Source of the DNA: Candidatus Helarchaeota archaeon | GTDB taxonomy: Archaea > Asgardarchaeota > Lokiarchaeia > Helarchaeales > RDOG01 | Length of the DNA: 49,014 nucleotides | Assembly: GCA_029838215.1 (NCBI GenBank) | Contig: JALGVI010000009.1 | Coordinates: forward strand, 1 to 49,014 | Reading direction: 5' to 3' | In this document: piece by piece, positions 46,792 through 49,014 of the stretch | Layout of the letters: each line of letters opens with the position of its first letter | How positions within the stretch are numbered: the stretch's first letter is position 1 | Translations under genes and position numbers: made by a program | Notes under the pieces: model-generated | Seen by the model: only the letters and a program-made list of their open reading frames with translations | Database searches by the model: none | Told to the model about the DNA's origin: nothing

Positions 46792-47697
46792 TCATGATGA
46801 ATATAATTGCATGTACGATTCAATCACTTGGTCCATCCATCCAGGACCTCTCGTGAATTCCTTCCATACGATCGGGCGCACGGACAACACGCCTTCGAAG
46901 GCATTTAACCGATTTGAAATTTCTTGCACTTCGTTCATTGAAGGCGTGACTAACGTGATTAGGAAGGCAGGAGGGAGTTCAAACCAAACGGGGAAAAAGG
47001 AATATGGCTCGCATGTTTCAAGAAGCCTTGTTAAATTGTTTTTCGTGTTTTCATCTAATTCCACGAGAAGAAAAGAGACTGCATGATTTTTAACATTTAG
47101 TGGGTTGAAGTTGATCGTGAAGTTTACCAAACCCTGCTCCTTCAAGAAACGGATCTTTTTACCGACCAATTTAGGACTAATATGGAGATCCTTTCCCAGC
47201 TGTTTGTAAGTCAATTTAGAATTTCTACGAAGTGCTTTGATGAGCAACCAATCTATTTTTTCCAACCTAGTGATGACATCACTTCTCTTTTTGAAAGGAA
47301 ACACGAAATGAGATATCGTTGAAATAAAAGATTGAGAATTGAGAAGTGCCGTTTTTTTCTTTAAATCATTCATATCTTCATAATCAAAGAAAAGAGCATA
47401 ATCGCCACCCAAATCTTCGATATAATACAAAAAGCCTGAAACATTATTCGTGAGAAATTGCCTTGCATCACGCCCTTTCGTCTTGACGATACGCACGTAT
47501 GAAAAAATAAAACCTTCTCTAAACACGTTCGCAGCCAATTCGGTAACATAATTCTCGATAATGCGTTTTTGTTCCAGTTTTTTCAAGCGAGCTCTCACTT
47601 GAGAAACAGATCCACCCACCCTTGCAGCTATTTCAGCATGAGTCTTGCGGCAATCATGCATTAATTCCAACACGATCTTTTTGTCAAGTGAGTCCAT
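46792..47697 (-). CDS. Lrp/AsnC-family transcriptional regulator, tandem duplicated architecture
   Basis: Two HTH starts: LDKKIV.EL..DCR....IA..VG and IDWLLI.AL..NSK......LG..L. Confidence 0.85.
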   Translation of the reverse strand: MDSLDKKIVLELMHDCRKTHAEIAARVGGSVSQVRARLKKLEQKRIIENYVTELAANVFREGFIFSYVRIVKTKGRDARQFLTNNVSGFLYYIEDLGGDYALFFDYEDMNDLKKKTALLNSQSFISTISHFVFPFKKRSDVITRLEKIDWLLIKALRRNSKLTYKQLGKDLHISPKLVGKKIRFLKEQGLVNFTINFNPLNVKNHAVSFLLVELDENTKNNLTRLLETCEPYSFFPVWFELPPAFLITLVTPSMNEVQEISNRLNAFEGVLSVRPIVWKEFTRGPGWMDQVIESYMQLYSS

Positions 47698-47873
47698 TTC
47701 AGTTCGCCATTAAGCCATGTAGATTGGATTCGTGATCACTCACGTGATTTATTTCTTAGAAAAAAAGATCATTCCCTTTATTTCAAGTTATTCGTTAATT
47801 CATGTCAAAATTTACCGAATAATACATGAAAGTCAAAGGATTTTTTAGCCCAAGCATCCATTATACAAGTAGA

Positions 47874-49014
47874 ATGGTCGAACTTTTAATTCCTGCACAA
47901 AATAAGAAGTCAGTTCAAGCCGCAATTGGAAAGGCGGATGCGATCTATTTTGGAGTAGAGACTTTCAACATGCGAATGCATGCAAGGAACGTCAAGCAAG
48001 CAGATATGAAAAAAATCATTAATTTTTGCCACGAACACGGTCTCAAGGCATATCTCACCACAAATATCATCATTTATGAAGGCGAACTCGGGCTATTACG
48101 AAGCCTGATCGAAGATGCTTCGGCTGCTGAAGTCGATGCATTCATCGTTCATGACATGGCGACAATTCAGATGGTGAAAGAGCATGAAATGCCTTTTCAC
48201 GTGAGCACGCAAGTAAGCATTTCGAATTCACTTGCTGCAAGATTCTACGAATCATTGGGTGCGACCCGCATAAATTTGGCACGGGAATTGACACTTTCCC
48301 AGATCTCGGAAATCATTCAAAAATTAAAAAAGACAAAAGTCGAAACTTTCATCCACGGTGCAATGTGCACCTCGATTTCGGGACGTTGTTACTTCAGTCA
48401 AGCTCTGAATGAAGATGCTTTTTTTTCGGCGAATCGAGGTAAGTGTCTCCAGCCTTGCAGAGATCAGTGGCGTGTCGTCCATCAAGATGGGCACGAACTT
48501 GACTACGATGGTTATTACTTCATCAATGCCAAGGATCTCTGCATGATCGAATACATTCCCGAACTGATGAATGCCGGGATTCATGCGTTCAAGATAGAAG
48601 GCAGGATGAGACCACCCCGTTATGTGGAAATCGTGGCAAGAGTATACCGTGAGGCAATCGATGCTCATCTTGGCGGAACATTCACAAAAGAACGAGCACT
48701 TGAATGGAAAAAAGAGTTGGAAAAGGCATATAATAGAGGCTTCAGCACGGGTTTCTATTTTGGACGACCAACTGCAGATGACGTGAATCGTCAGACAACA
48801 GGAAATTTGGCAACCACTCGCAAGACAGAAATTGGACGAGTCATCACTTATTACAAGGACAAGCAGATCGCAAAAATCAGATTATTCAGGGGTCAAATAA
48901 AAAGTGGAACAGAATTATACTTCGAAGGAAGCGACATGGGCACCTATTTTAAGCTCGAAGTTGCCGGTTTCTACCACAAAAATAGGCTTTATCAAGAATC
49001 GCCCGAAACGAGCC
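47874..49014 (+). CDS. U32 family protein (peptidase U32 / RNA hydroxylation-type), 3'-partial; absent from the ORF track
   Basis: Translated by hand from ATG 47874: MVELLIPA...ADAIYFG, HVSTQ.SISN, LARELTL, ETFIHGAMC...SGRC..S, SANRG.C.QPCR, KDL, FKIEGRMR, YNRGFSTGFY. No stop before the window end. Confidence 0.93.
   Translation, partial: MVELLIPAQNKKSVQAAIGKADAIYFGVETFNMRMHARNVKQADMKKIINFCHEHGLKAYLTTNIIIYEGELGLLRSLIEDASAAEVDAFIVHDMATIQMVKEHEMPFHVSTQVSISNSLAARFYESLGATRINLARELTLSQISEIIQKLKKTKVETFIHGAMCTSISGRCYFSQALNEDAFFSANRGKCLQPCRDQWRVVHQDGHELDYDGYYFINAKDLCMIEYIPELMNAGIHAFKIEGRMRPPRYVEIVARVYREAIDAHLGGTFTKERALEWKKELEKAYNRGFSTGFYFGRPTADDVNRQTTGNLATTRKTEIGRVITYYKDKQIAKIRLFRGQIKSGTELYFEGSDMGTYFKLEVAGFYHKNRLYQESPETS

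Noticed and set aside
1-49014. Selenocysteine/pyrrolysine read-through, programmed frameshifts, tRNA/rRNA/SRP RNA, and apparent enrichment of CACG/CGTG words
   Set aside because: All recognised enzymes are full length without internal stops, and I saw no structural-RNA signatures, including near rps8e. The word bias cannot be separated from codon usage without a computed k-mer test.

Overview
A 49-kb gene-dense, AT-rich archaeal chromosomal segment, most likely from an Asgard archaeon (Lokiarchaeia/Helarchaeales-like; inferred from gene content). It carries archaeal ribosomal proteins S8e and S30e alongside eukaryotic-signature genes: a ubiquitin-conjugating E2, an Rpn11/CSN5/BRCC36-like JAMM protein with a long coiled coil, a HEAT + RING protein, three roadblock/LC7 genes, a classical C2H2 zinc finger and a HEAT/TPR solenoid. 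Metabolic genes include an acyl-CoA ligase, iorAB, two ADP-forming acyl-CoA synthetase alpha subunits, a MaoC pair, a molybdopterin oxidoreductase, a GH13 glucosidase, dapA-dapB-lysA, dsrEFH/tusDCB, hypA and maf. There are also two solitary DNA methyltransferases and a membrane cluster of two PIG-V-like GT-C proteins plus an arylsulfotransferase. CDSs run off both ends; the U32 gene at the 3' end is absent from the supplied ORF track. I found no rRNA, tRNA, CRISPR array or transposase. The best leads are the E2-JAMM/coiled-coil pair, two unrecognised paralogues flanking a Cys-loop ZIP transporter, a Listerin-like HEAT-RING protein, the GT-C/sulfotransferase cluster, and an exact 34-bp direct repeat enclosing a ~360-bp gene fragment. 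All product calls come from motif recognition by eye; no database searches were run.
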